From an uncultured Methanosarcinales archaeon (GTDB taxonomy: Archaea > Nanobdellota > Nanobdellia > Woesearchaeales > CAYMBN01): a DNA stretch of 58,510 nucleotides. Below the pieces are notes generated by a model. That model saw only the letters and a list, made by a program, of their open reading frames with translations, did no database searches and was not told the DNA's origin. The position numbers and the translations under genes are program-made. Below are positions 28,084 through 38,262 of the stretch, piece after piece; within the stretch, counting starts at the first letter, position 1, and every line of letters begins with the position of its first letter. Location of the stretch: positions 1 to 58,510 of the forward strand of contig CAYMBN010000008.1 in the NCBI GenBank assembly GCA_964388715.1, in the 5' to 3' direction.

Positions 28084-28140
28084 AACTCTTATTATAAAAC
28101 AGTAAACATTTTAAATAAAACCCTATTATCAACCATTAAA

Positions 28141-29175
28141 ATGTATCATTGTGTTATAATGGCAGGAGGCTCTGGCCAACGATTCTGGCCAATGAGCAGA
28201 AAAAATAAACCAAAACAATGTCTTAAACTAAGTAGAGATAAATCCATGATGCAAATTACAGTTGAACGATTAAAACCATTATTCAAAAACAACATTTACA
28301 TTGAAACAAGCCAACTTCTTGAACAACATATCAAAAAAGATACACCAGACATAAATTATATAATTGAACCAGCTGCAAAAAACACAGCACCTTGCATTGG
28401 TCTAGCAACAATCTCTCTCCTACACAAAGACCCTAATGCAGTCATTTTCATAGAAACAACAGACCATATCTACAATGACGAAAAAAAATATTTAGAATAT
28501 ATTCAAAAAGCACTAAAAAGAGCAGAAAACAGTGATGAAATAATTGTCATGGGCATTAAACCAACTCATGCTCACACTGGTTTAGGTTATATTGAACAAG
28601 GAGAACAACTTGACAGCGAAATCTATAAAGTACAATCATTCAAAGAAAAACCAGATCTACAAACAGCAGAAACATTCCTCAAATCAGGAAAATATTTCTG
28701 GAACTCAGGCATGTACATCTTTAAAGCATCTGTCATGCTTGATGCAATAAAACAACACATGCCAGAACTCCACCAAGCCCTAATCAAAATCAAAGAATCA
28801 AACCTAAACCCAGACACAATTAAAGAAGTTTTCAACTCACTTCCAGAACAATCATGCATACAAATTGATTATGGTATTAGTGAAAAAGCATCTAACATGA
28901 CATTAATAACAGCAGACATGCACTGGGATGATATTGGTGACTGGCATGCAATGGAAAGACTATTTCAACCAGACAAAGATGGAAACATCATAAAAGCAAA
29001 ACACATTGCTATTGACACAAAAGATTCAATCATTTTCAGTAAAAAACTAGTCACAACAATGGGTGTAAAAGATCTTGTAATAATTGACACAAAAGATGCT
29101 TTATTAGTTACTGATAAGAAAAGAGCACAAGAGTTAAAGAAGGTTTATGAGAAGTTAGATGAAAAGTACAAGTAA
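28141..29175 (+). CDS. manC: Mannose-1-phosphate guanylyltransferase
   Basis: IMAGGSGQRFWPMSRKNKPKQ, EPAAKNTAPCI, FKEKP, WNSGMY, IDYGISEK, WDDIGDW. Confidence 0.93.
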   Translation: MYHCVIMAGGSGQRFWPMSRKNKPKQCLKLSRDKSMMQITVERLKPLFKNNIYIETSQLLEQHIKKDTPDINYIIEPAAKNTAPCIGLATISLLHKDPNAVIFIETTDHIYNDEKKYLEYIQKALKRAENSDEIIVMGIKPTHAHTGLGYIEQGEQLDSEIYKVQSFKEKPDLQTAETFLKSGKYFWNSGMYIFKASVMLDAIKQHMPELHQALIKIKESNLNPDTIKEVFNSLPEQSCIQIDYGISEKASNMTLITADMHWDDIGDWHAMERLFQPDKDGNIIKAKHIAIDTKDSIIFSKKLVTTMGVKDLVIIDTKDALLVTDKKRAQELKKVYEKLDEKYK

Positions 29176-29212
29176 ACTTTAAATAGTATTAAGTTATAAA
29201 TTATTATATAAC

Positions 29213-29653
29213 ATGAAAAAAGACAAAAAAAAGAGGAACAATAATCATAAAAACCATAAAAAGAAATCTCATCCTACTTACAAAACTGAACTTACTTTTG
29301 CTCAAAAAGCAGCAGACAAATTAACATATTTCTGTGGAAGCTGGGCATTCATTATAGGGTTCTTTGCTTTTATTGCAATATGGATGATAATAAATGCATA
29401 TTTTTGGTTTAAGTTATCTACTGGAGAGCCATTTGATCCTTATCCATTCATACTTTTGAATTTGATATTGTCATGTTTGTCTGCTGTACAAGCTCCCATC
29501 ATCTTAATGAGTCAGAACAGGGAAGCAGAACGTGACAGACTTACTGCAAAATATGATTACCAGATCAACAGAAAAGCAGAACGTGAAAACCAGTTAATGA
29601 TGAAAGATGTTAGATTAATCATCAGACTTCTTAGAGAGAAAAGGAAAAGATAA
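29213..29653 (+). CDS. DUF1003 membrane protein
   Basis: FCGSWAFI...FDPYPFILLNLILSCLSAVQAPIILMSQNR. Confidence 0.9.
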   Translation: MKKDKKKRNNNHKNHKKKSHPTYKTELTFAQKAADKLTYFCGSWAFIIGFFAFIAIWMIINAYFWFKLSTGEPFDPYPFILLNLILSCLSAVQAPIILMSQNREAERDRLTAKYDYQINRKAERENQLMMKDVRLIIRLLREKRKR

Positions 29654-29701
29654 TTATTATATTTCAAAACTTTTAAAAACATCAAGATTATCCTAATAAT
29701 A

Positions 29702-30184
29702 ATGATAAAAGAAACATTAATCCTATTTGCAATAACATTACTACCTTTCCTAGAATTAAGAGCATCAATACCATGGGGAATATTTAAATATGGTATGAAC
29801 CCATTGCTTGTCTTTACAATCTGCATTATCTCAAACATAATACTTGTACCATTTATTTGGATATTTCTAAACTACATAATCCACGCATTCCTAAAAATCC
29901 CATCATTAAACAACCTATACCAAAAAGTCGTAATAAAAACACAAAAAAAAGTCCACCCTTATGTTGAAAAATATGGTGTACTTGGTCTAGCAATATTTAT
30001 TGGAATTCCATTACCAGGCTCAGGAGTTTACTCAGGCGGCCTAGGTGCATATCTTTTAGGCTTCAAATTCAAAGATTATTTAATTGCATCAATCATAGGA
30101 GTACTTATCGCAGGAATAATTGTTACAATTGTATGTTTAACAGGCAATACAATATTCACAAAATTTTTCATCAAAACAGTCTAA
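29702..30184 (+). CDS. Small multi-drug export-like membrane protein (COG2426)
   Basis: PFLELRASIP...GLAIFIGIPLPGSGVYSG. Confidence 0.85.
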   Translation: MIKETLILFAITLLPFLELRASIPWGIFKYGMNPLLVFTICIISNIILVPFIWIFLNYIIHAFLKIPSLNNLYQKVVIKTQKKVHPYVEKYGVLGLAIFIGIPLPGSGVYSGGLGAYLLGFKFKDYLIASIIGVLIAGIIVTIVCLTGNTIFTKFFIKTV

Positions 30185-30192
30185 AAAATCTA

Positions 30193-30783
30193 ATGAAAAA
30201 AAACAAAAAAGAGAGTTCAAAAAATCCATTAATCCTAATCTACACAGTGGGAATTCTCTTAACAATCCTCAGCTTTTTCATTGACAAACAAATTATTCTC
30301 TTATTCAAAAACATTAACATACCAATCATTGACAAATTCCTTCTCTGGATCACAGAACCATTAAGCGTTGTCATAATTCTAGTAATCATGACAAGCTTAT
30401 TCCTTTACAACGAAAAAAAGAAGGAATGGGTAATCCCACTTTGGCTGAGCTTTGGATTAACATTCGCAATAACCTATGGAATAAAATACATCATAAACAG
30501 AACAAGACCATACATTGCACTTAACTTACCATCACTATTAACAATCTCAAGCCCATCTTTCCCAAGCGCACACGCTGCAATAGTATTCTCAACAATTCCA
30601 ATTTTAGATAGAGAATTCCCTAAACTAAAATATTTTTGGATCACATTCGCACTAATCGTTTGCTTCAGTAGATTATATTTCAAAGCACATTACCTAAGTG
30701 ACATTATTTTTGGCGGATTAATTGGTTATGCACTAGGATTATTTTTTTATAATCTCGAAAAAAAATATAAAATATTAAGATAA
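30193..30783 (+). CDS. PAP2-family lipid (undecaprenyl) pyrophosphate phosphatase
   Basis: KYIINRTRP, SFPSAH, SRLYFKAHYLSDI motifs. Confidence 0.9.
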   Translation: MKKNKKESSKNPLILIYTVGILLTILSFFIDKQIILLFKNINIPIIDKFLLWITEPLSVVIILVIMTSLFLYNEKKKEWVIPLWLSFGLTFAITYGIKYIINRTRPYIALNLPSLLTISSPSFPSAHAAIVFSTIPILDREFPKLKYFWITFALIVCFSRLYFKAHYLSDIIFGGLIGYALGLFFYNLEKKYKILR

Positions 30784-30792
30784 TATACCAAA

Positions 30793-31377
30793 ATGATATC
30801 AAGACTTGAATTAAAAAGACAAATATTCCATATTGCATCCTGTTTAATATTTGTAATCCTAATCTATTACAACATTATTGGCATAAAAACACTACTAACC
30901 CTCCTCATCATTGGTTATATTCTTGCCATCATTTCAATGAAAAAAAGAATTCCATTTATCAGCTGGCTTCTTGACAATTTTGAAAGACAACATAATTTAC
31001 AAAAATTTCCAGGAATAGGCGCACTCGTTTATCTTTTAGGAATAGTAATAGTTGTCTTATTCTTTGAAAAAAATATAGCACTTGCATCAATCATAATTCT
31101 AGGCTTAGGTGACTCAATTGCACCTTTAATAGGTCAGTTTGGCAAAGTAAAACATCCTTTTTCAGATAAAAAATTCATTGAAGGTGTTATCGCAGGAATC
31201 ATTGCAGCAACCTTAGGCGCAATGTTCTTTGTTCCATGGGCTCATGCCTTAGCAGCCTCAACACTAGCAATGATTGCAGAAGGAATTGACATTGAGTTAA
31301 GAGGATACAAACTAGATGATAACCTAATCATCCCAATTGTAAGTGCAATCGTGTTATGGGTAATCACTTTAATCTAA
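30793..31377 (+). CDS. CTP-dependent polyprenol/dolichol/diacylglycerol kinase family
   Basis: RQIFH, LGLGDSIAPLIG, KKFIEG, DDNLIIP motifs. Confidence 0.85.
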   Translation: MISRLELKRQIFHIASCLIFVILIYYNIIGIKTLLTLLIIGYILAIISMKKRIPFISWLLDNFERQHNLQKFPGIGALVYLLGIVIVVLFFEKNIALASIIILGLGDSIAPLIGQFGKVKHPFSDKKFIEGVIAGIIAATLGAMFFVPWAHALAASTLAMIAEGIDIELRGYKLDDNLIIPIVSAIVLWVITLI

Positions 31378-31468
31378 AAACAGCTCTTAAAAATGCTCCA
31401 CATTTTCAAAAGCTTTATATATAAGAAATCCCAAAAATAATATATAATCATTAAAGAGGTGCATTATT

Positions 31469-31861
31469 ATGATGGAAGCAAAAGATTGGTTAAGTTTTTT
31501 TGTTGGAGCAGTTGTTGCTGCAGCAGGTATTCTACCTTTATTATTTCGAGTAAATATTGGTCCAGCTTGGTTTGAATTAAACTGGTTACCTTTTAGTATA
31601 TTTGCATACTTTGTAGCAGGATTTGGTTTTTACCTAATGGTAAATTCTGTTATTGAAATCACAAACAGCAATCCAATTGGATGGTTTTCATTTCTGATTG
31701 CAGTATTATTCCTTGCAGCAGGAATATTAAAAGTATTATTCAAGTTCAACATAGGTCCAACCTGGTTTGAACTAAACTTTATAAGTGGAATAGTTTACCA
31801 CATAATATTTGCAATCGAAGGTATTTTCCTAATGATTGCATGCTTTGCAATGGAAATTTAG
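31469..31861 (+). CDS. Four-TM membrane protein with internal duplication
   Basis: AAGIL..LF..NIGP.WFELN occurs twice. Confidence 0.7.
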   Translation: MMEAKDWLSFFVGAVVAAAGILPLLFRVNIGPAWFELNWLPFSIFAYFVAGFGFYLMVNSVIEITNSNPIGWFSFLIAVLFLAAGILKVLFKFNIGPTWFELNFISGIVYHIIFAIEGIFLMIACFAMEI

Positions 31862-33411
31862 AAATCCATTAAACTTATTTGGCCTTTTCTTTTTCTTTCT
31901 TTTACTTTTATTTGACTAACATCCTGCCCAACCTGTTTTTTTACATCAATCGCAATTTTCTTCCCAAGAATTTGTACTAACCTATTAACATCAACTTTCT
32001 TAACATCACCTAAACTTCTCACCCGATTCCTGAACAACTTCCTTGCTCTAACTCTTCCAATATTTTTCAACTTCAACAATGCCAACAACTCTTCCTTAAC
32101 TCCACTCTTTAATCTATATCTCAACTTAACAATTTCTTTAATCAACTTTTGAAATTTAAGTATTCTAGCAAGTTCCTCAGACGCATACAATAACCAATCT
32201 GCTTTATCAAGTTTAACTCTAGTCTCACCAGGTCTAATAGAAAACTTATCTAATAAAAACTCTTCATCTTTTTCATTAATCCAATCCAAAAAAAACAATG
32301 CTGTCTTTATAGAACTCAAAAATCCAGTATATTCAGGTGAAAAAGTAGAAACATCTTCCTCAAGAATATTCTCATTAAAATAAACATAAGCTTCTTCAAC
32401 AAAATCATCTTTAGGCTTAACCCTTAGTAGTGGTCTTAACTCAACAGTGTGCGACACCATCTGCAAAAAAGAAAAAGCATTAATCTCCTTTTTCATTGCC
32501 TTTTGCAAACATTTAATTAAATAATTCGCAGTCATTGGATCAATATAAAGTTCAGCAACCCTTTTCCCAATTAATGTAGCAGAAAACTTTTCATCTTCAA
32601 TTTCATCAGCAGAAACAAAATCACTACCACCTAATCTCTCAATAAAGTTATAATCTACCAAAAGTCTCAACATTTTCTCAATAATTCCAATCAACTTTTC
32701 CATATCCTTAAACTGTTGCGCCCAAAAAGTTTTTTTGAAAAACTCAATAATCTCTTTTTTCCTATTAACAAAATTAGTAGCAATCAAACTCAATAAATAT
32801 GTCCTCAACACAGGCTCAACAGCAAGTTTAGAATAAATCTCTTCAACTTCTCCATTAACATACCTGTCATAAATCTCTTCTTTATTTGTTTGTGTTGTCG
32901 CAATCGCAATTGCTTCACCATAATTATCATAACTAGGTCGACCAGCACGTCCAGCCATCTGAAGATATTCAAGCGTTGGTATCCAATTCAAACCAAAACC
33001 ACTATACCTTCTCAAATCCTTGAGAATCGTTCTAAAAGCAGGCATATCAACTCCAGCTGCAAGTGTTGGTGTTGCACAAATAATCTTTATTTTCCCACTC
33101 TTAAACTCATCCTCAATAATCTCTTTCTGCCGATGCGTCAAACCAGCATGATGAAACGCAATACCTTTCTTAACACACTTAGAAAGCCGTTGACACTGCC
33201 TTGTTGGCCTTGACAAAACACGCAAAACCTTTTCACTCAGCCCCAAAAGACTTACTCCTTTTATCTTATGTGCAATCTCTTCAGCACTTTTCTCAGCCCC
33301 TCTCTTAGAATTAACAAACACAATAGCTTGCTTCCCCTTTGCAATCGTATCAAAAGCAAGATCAATAACATAATTATTATGCATTGTAGGAATTTTTATT
33401 GTTTTTGCCAT
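31858..33411 (-). CDS. Hel308/Hjm (Ski2-like) helicase lacking the N-terminal RecA-1 domain
   Basis: VFVNSKR, GIAFHHAGL, ATPTLAAGVDMPA, QMAGRAGRP, C-terminal HhH (LKNIGRVRARKL); no Walker A or DExH. Confidence 0.85.
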   Translation of the reverse strand: MAKTIKIPTMHNNYVIDLAFDTIAKGKQAIVFVNSKRGAEKSAEEIAHKIKGVSLLGLSEKVLRVLSRPTRQCQRLSKCVKKGIAFHHAGLTHRQKEIIEDEFKSGKIKIICATPTLAAGVDMPAFRTILKDLRRYSGFGLNWIPTLEYLQMAGRAGRPSYDNYGEAIAIATTQTNKEEIYDRYVNGEVEEIYSKLAVEPVLRTYLLSLIATNFVNRKKEIIEFFKKTFWAQQFKDMEKLIGIIEKMLRLLVDYNFIERLGGSDFVSADEIEDEKFSATLIGKRVAELYIDPMTANYLIKCLQKAMKKEINAFSFLQMVSHTVELRPLLRVKPKDDFVEEAYVYFNENILEEDVSTFSPEYTGFLSSIKTALFFLDWINEKDEEFLLDKFSIRPGETRVKLDKADWLLYASEELARILKFQKLIKEIVKLRYRLKSGVKEELLALLKLKNIGRVRARKLFRNRVRSLGDVKKVDVNRLVQILGKKIAIDVKKQVGQDVSQIKVKERKRKGQISLMDF

Positions 33412-33412
33412 T

Positions 33413-33670
33413 TTAACAAAATCTCATATATCTTGAATCATATTCAATCTCAGGCATAGGTTGTTTTTTATATCTTTTTTCAGGTTCAGCTTCAGGAGTC
33501 ATATATTTTTTGTACAACTTTTTAACATCCTTTTGATTTATTTCTTTTTCCACTGGAATTTCAATAGTATGATTATAAGTCAACAATCGACAACCTATAT
33601 GGTATGTTGGTATTCCTACTGCAAAAGCAGCCAACACAATAATTATTAAGGTTGGTTTTTCTATTCTCAT
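33413..33670 (-). CDS. Small membrane-anchored hypothetical protein
   Basis: 85 aa, N-terminal TM, tightly coupled to pckA and the helicase. Confidence 0.55.
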   Translation of the reverse strand: MRIEKPTLIIIVLAAFAVGIPTYHIGCRLLTYNHTIEIPVEKEINQKDVKKLYKKYMTPEAEPEKRYKKQPMPEIEYDSRYMRFC

Positions 33671-35166
33671 AATCTCAAGAAATCAACCTTAAACTGTTTT
33701 AAATATTTTTCCCTCTCTTTTCTTAATTTATCCATAATTTCTTTAAACTTTTCGTCACCATAAATCATGTAAGGATCAAACTTCTTCATATCAACCCCAA
33801 GAATTTCCTCAGGAATATCATAACCAACATTTTTATCAAACTTCCATTTAATTGTTCCTTTAAGTATAGCTTTTATCACATCAAAAGTATCTTCTTTTTT
33901 AATCTTAATTCCGTGCTCTATTCCACCAATTTTCCCAGTGTTAAGAATAAAAACTTTTAACTTTGGATTAAGCCCAAATATTTCTTTTAACCTTTTAGCA
34001 TTCTTCTCAAAAGCAGGCACAATAAACGGATCAAATCCAACAACACGCATAGTTTTCCCAAACTGTGATTTGTCCATAGTACTAGCAGACGTTTTAACAG
34101 ACTCACCTAACATATAATATGTAACAGCCTGATCAATACTCTTAAGTCTACCTGCAATAGGAATATCATACCTGCGTGTATTAAAAAACAAATAATCAAT
34201 CTTTTTTATATCTATCTTTTGAGTAGAATTAGAAATTTTCATCCTATTAATGATAGCTCTTCCATTTGCACAAAACTCAGTATTATCAAAATCAAGTTCA
34301 CCTTCTTTAACAGCAACATTTTCAACAATTGCTTCTTCTTCAAGACATGCATTAAGCAAACTTTCCTGTTCACTTACATTATCTGTTTTTATGTAAAGAT
34401 AATTCTCAGTTCCAGATGCAAAAGCTCTTCTATTTAACAAAATAATATCATCTTGTTTAATCCCAATTCCTTCGGGTTGTTCAAATTCATGATCATGAAT
34501 AATAATAGTTGTCTTACCTGTCCCACTTAAACCAAAAACCAAAACATTTTTCTCAATTAACATATGATTTTTATCAATCACTCTATACACTTTACTTCCT
34601 GCATGCAACCCAAGTCCTCTTTTTTCATCTCGCATAATCTTCATTGCAAGCCTAAGCATAGACATCTTAACTTCTCCATAATAATCAGTTCCAAGAATAA
34701 ATGTAACATTCTCCTCAATATCAATATAAGTCGCTGTTTTTTTAAAACCAGGTACAACAACTGTAATTATATCAATCCCTTTATCTCTTTTATTATCAAA
34801 AAAATTTTTTGTATTCATAAAAGCAAGTCTTGCATATTCTTTAGGAACAATCAACAAAGTATTCATACCAAAACGATTATTCTGCCCAACACAACGTTCA
34901 ACAAAAATTAACTCTTTCCCATTCTCTTTCAAAAACTTAACAGCATATTTAATATCTTTCTTGATTTCTTTTTTCTTCTTATCATCAACCTGCTGATAAA
35001 TAAAAGTCTGATCTTTAATCCTAGAAGTAATCTTTGTATGATAAACAGGAATATTATGCTTGTTAGCAACCTCATCCTTCTTAGCCAACTCTCTCAACTC
35101 CTTAACAGAAGGATTCTTTAGAAAACTCTCCTCTTCAATCAAATCATCAACCACTTTTTTAAACAT
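33667..35166 (-). CDS. pckA: Phosphoenolpyruvate carboxykinase (ATP)
   Basis: GTDYYGEVKMS, GLHAG, FGLSGTGKTT, QDD, ENV, NGRA, LNTG. Confidence 0.9.
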   Translation of the reverse strand: MFKKVVDDLIEEESFLKNPSVKELRELAKKDEVANKHNIPVYHTKITSRIKDQTFIYQQVDDKKKKEIKKDIKYAVKFLKENGKELIFVERCVGQNNRFGMNTLLIVPKEYARLAFMNTKNFFDNKRDKGIDIITVVVPGFKKTATYIDIEENVTFILGTDYYGEVKMSMLRLAMKIMRDEKRGLGLHAGSKVYRVIDKNHMLIEKNVLVFGLSGTGKTTIIIHDHEFEQPEGIGIKQDDIILLNRRAFASGTENYLYIKTDNVSEQESLLNACLEEEAIVENVAVKEGELDFDNTEFCANGRAIINRMKISNSTQKIDIKKIDYLFFNTRRYDIPIAGRLKSIDQAVTYYMLGESVKTSASTMDKSQFGKTMRVVGFDPFIVPAFEKNAKRLKEIFGLNPKLKVFILNTGKIGGIEHGIKIKKEDTFDVIKAILKGTIKWKFDKNVGYDIPEEILGVDMKKFDPYMIYGDEKFKEIMDKLRKEREKYLKQFKVDFLRL

Positions 35167-35203
35167 AACAAAGAAAAAGAAAAACTAGTTTAAATATTTT
35201 GTT

Positions 35204-37090
35204 CTACTTCTTCCCTTCAACCTCTTTCAAACACTGTTCAATAAACTTCTCTACCTTAGACTCACCAAGAACTTTATTACTTCTATCTCTGACATTAACT
35301 GTATTATTCTTTTTCTCATTCTCTCCAACAACTAATATATAGTTCACTTTTTCTTTAACAATAGCTTCTCTTACTTTCTTACTCACTGATTCATGCCTGT
35401 AATCAATCTCAGCTCTTAGTCCAGCTTGCTTAAACTCCTTTAACACTTTCTCAGCATAAGGAATCATGTCATCGTTAATAGTTACCAACTTAATCTGTAA
35501 CGGACTTAACCACATTGGAAATTTCCCAGCATAATGTTCAACAAGTATTCCTAAGAACCGTTCAACACTACCATATATTGCCCGATGTACCATAACAGGC
35601 CTATGTCGTTTACCATCTTTACCATCATACTCAAGGTCAAACTTCTCAGGCATTGAAAAATCAACCTGTATTGTACCACACTGCCAGGTTCTTCCAATTG
35701 CATCTTTAAGATGATAATCAATCTTTGGTCCGTAAAATGCACCATCACCAGGATTAATCTTATAATTCATCTTAGCTTTTTTCAAAACATTTTCAAGCGC
35801 TTTCTCAGCCTTCTGCCAAACTTTAATTGAACCCATTGCCTTTTCAGGCCTAGTTGAAAGCTCAACATGATACTCAAACCCAAATGTTTTGTAAATAAAA
35901 TCTATAAACTTAATCAATCCCATTATTTCATCTTCAAGCTGTTCTTCAGTACAAAAAATATGTGCATCATCTTGAGTAAAAAATCTAACTCTAAACAATC
36001 CAGACAACACTCCACTTAACTCATGTCTATGCACAACACCAAATTCACCAGCACGAATAGGCAGTTCTCTGTAAGAATGCACAGCTGTCTTGTAAATCAA
36101 AAGATTACCAGGACAATTCATAGGTTTCACAGCATAATCTTTATTATCTATTTTAGTAAAATACATATTATCTTTGTAATGATCCCAATGTCCACTTTGC
36201 AACCATAACTTTTTATTCAAAATCAAAGGTGTCTTATTCAAAGTATAATCTCGTTTTAACATCTCACTTCTCATAAACCCAACTAATTGATCAAAAATAA
36301 AACAACCTTTACCATGAAAAAAAGGAAATCCAGGTCCTTCTTCATGAAAACTAAAAAGATCCATCTCTTTTCCTATTTTTCTATGATCACGCTTAGCAGC
36401 CTCCATCATTTTCCCTAAATACTGCTTTAACTCTTCTTTAGTTGGAAAACTAATTCCATAAATACGTTGCAACATCTTATTCTTAGCATCAGCTCTCCAA
36501 TATGCACCAGCTACTTTAGTTACTTTTATTCCTTTAATATATCCAGTACTTGGCACATGCGGTCCTCTACAAAGGTCAACAAAATCACCATTTTGATAAA
36601 CAGAAACCTTATCATCAACAAGTTCATTAATCATCTCAGTCTTGTAAGGATTATTTTTAAATATCTTAAGTGCTTCTTTCTTAGAAATTTCTTCACGTTC
36701 AAACTTTAAATCTTTCTTCACAATCTCTCTTATCTTTTCATTAATTTTCTTAATATCATCTTCTCCAACAGGATCCATATCAAAATCATAATAAAATCCT
36801 TCTTCAACAGCAGGACCTATTGTTGGCAATGCTTTTGGATACAAACTTATCAATGCTTGCGCTAAAACATGCGCAGAAGAATGCCTAAATATCTCAAGAC
36901 CTTCATCATCATCAAAATGAATTAGTTTGAAAGTACAATCTTCATTAATAGGTGTGTTAAGATCAAACACTTTACCATTAATCTTTACAGCAAGTGCACC
37001 TTTCCCTTTTATTTCTTTAGCAATCTCACTAGCCAAAACACCTTCCTTAAACTTCCTCTCAACCCCATCATGAAATTGAATTTTTATCAT
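35204..37090 (-). CDS. thrS: Threonine--tRNA ligase (bacterial type with TGS and editing domains)
   Basis: HSSAH, DLCRGPH, RDHRKIG, KPMNCP, GAFYGPKID, WQCGTIQ, HRAIYGSVERF. Confidence 0.97.
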   Translation of the reverse strand: MIKIQFHDGVERKFKEGVLASEIAKEIKGKGALAVKINGKVFDLNTPINEDCTFKLIHFDDDEGLEIFRHSSAHVLAQALISLYPKALPTIGPAVEEGFYYDFDMDPVGEDDIKKINEKIREIVKKDLKFEREEISKKEALKIFKNNPYKTEMINELVDDKVSVYQNGDFVDLCRGPHVPSTGYIKGIKVTKVAGAYWRADAKNKMLQRIYGISFPTKEELKQYLGKMMEAAKRDHRKIGKEMDLFSFHEEGPGFPFFHGKGCFIFDQLVGFMRSEMLKRDYTLNKTPLILNKKLWLQSGHWDHYKDNMYFTKIDNKDYAVKPMNCPGNLLIYKTAVHSYRELPIRAGEFGVVHRHELSGVLSGLFRVRFFTQDDAHIFCTEEQLEDEIMGLIKFIDFIYKTFGFEYHVELSTRPEKAMGSIKVWQKAEKALENVLKKAKMNYKINPGDGAFYGPKIDYHLKDAIGRTWQCGTIQVDFSMPEKFDLEYDGKDGKRHRPVMVHRAIYGSVERFLGILVEHYAGKFPMWLSPLQIKLVTINDDMIPYAEKVLKEFKQAGLRAEIDYRHESVSKKVREAIVKEKVNYILVVGENEKKNNTVNVRDRSNKVLGESKVEKFIEQCLKEVEGKK

Positions 37091-37171
37091 TTTTTCACCC
37101 TTCGTATTATTTTTTATTGTTTTTATTTATAATAGTTTTGTTTAAAAACAAGATTTAGGCCACTGAACAGC

Positions 37172-37270
37172 TTATGCTGTTGTGGTTGTTGTTGTAGTTG
37201 TATTTGTAGTAGTTATACTTACAACTAAAGAAAACAATACAGAATTTAAGTTAATGTTTTTGTTCATCAT
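37172..37270 (-). CDS. Thr-rich leader peptide upstream of thrS (putative attenuator uORF)
   Basis: Manual translation MMNKNINLNSVLFSLVVSITTTNTTTTTTTTA*: 11 Thr in the last 13 codons, same strand as thrS, 81 nt upstream of it. Confidence 0.75.
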   Translation of the reverse strand: MMNKNINLNSVLFSLVVSITTTNTTTTTTTTA

Positions 37271-37342
37271 AACACAAAAACACAGGCTAATATATAAATT
37301 TTACTGATAAAATATTTAAACAACCTCTTCTTCTTCAAAACC

Positions 37343-37767
37343 ATGAAAGTAGGAACACTCTGTTATGTAAAAAAAGATGGTAAAACCTTAATGCTCCACA
37401 GAACAAAGAAACAAAACGACATGCATGAAGGTAAATGGAACGGTCTGGGTGGCAAAGTAGATCCAGGTGAAACACCAGAAGAATGCGTTATCAGAGAAAT
37501 AAGAGAAGAAGCAGGTTTAACAATAAAAAACCCAGAACTAAAAGGACTTCTAACATTTCCAAATGATGTTGGTTACCCTCCTGAAGACTGGTATGTGTTT
37601 GTATTTGTAGCAAAAGAATTTGAAGGTGAACTAATAACATCAAACGAAGGCCATCTTAAATGGATCAGTGACCAAGAACTACCTAACCTTAATGTATGGG
37701 AAGGTGACAGAATATTTTTCAAGTGGCTTAATAAAAAAGGCTTTTTCTCAGGAAAATTTTGTTATAA
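37343..37767 (+). CDS. Nudix hydrolase (8-oxo-dGTPase-like), 3' end lost in assembly gap
   Basis: Nudix box GGKVDPGETPEECVIREIREEAGL; WNGLGG; WEGD. Confidence 0.9.
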
Positions 37768-37867
37768 NNNNNNNNNNNNNNNNNNNNNNNNNNNNNNNNN
37801 NNNNNNNNNNNNNNNNNNNNNNNNNNNNNNNNNNNNNNNNNNNNNNNNNNNNNNNNNNNNNNNNNNN
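37768..37867. other. Assembly/scaffold gap (100 N)
   Basis: Run of N. Confidence 1.
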
Positions 37868-38196
37868 TTTCTGCTTATCTTAAGCTTGTTAGCAACTTCC
37901 CTATGCCTAGCAGTAATCTTTTTAACTCTCTCACCATTAGTATCAACATCATCTTCCAGGAACCAATAATGTTTTAAGAATTCGTGCCATGCTTCTAACT
38001 GTTTTTCAATATCTTTTTTATATTGTTTACCTTTTCTTAATTTTTTATAATGTGCTAACTTTTCAAGTGTCTCTTTTGCATCAATATTAATATGTTTTAA
38101 AAAATCTTCAATCACAGAAATATTTTCATCAATATTAATTTTTTTACCTTTACCCTTAGAATGTTTCTTAAAAATTTTCCATTCATTGATTGCCAT
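37868..38196 (-). CDS. Hypothetical protein, 3' end lost in gap
   Basis: MAINEWKIFKK... with GAGGGA SD; runs into the N gap. Confidence 0.6.
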
Positions 38197-38262
38197 TATT
38201 TCCCTCTTTTTAATAATTATATATTCATAACATTTATAAATCTTTTCCTTATAATAATTACC

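Noticed and set aside
37175..37215. Poly-(GTT/GTA) tract as a neutral microsatellite
   Set aside because: Third-position variation preserves Thr codons in one frame with a start and a stop, directly upstream of thrS, so it is treated as a coding leader.
37668..37969. ORFs reading through the N run, such as an extended Nudix C-terminus
   Set aside because: Artefacts of the 100-N gap; adjacency across the gap is not certain.
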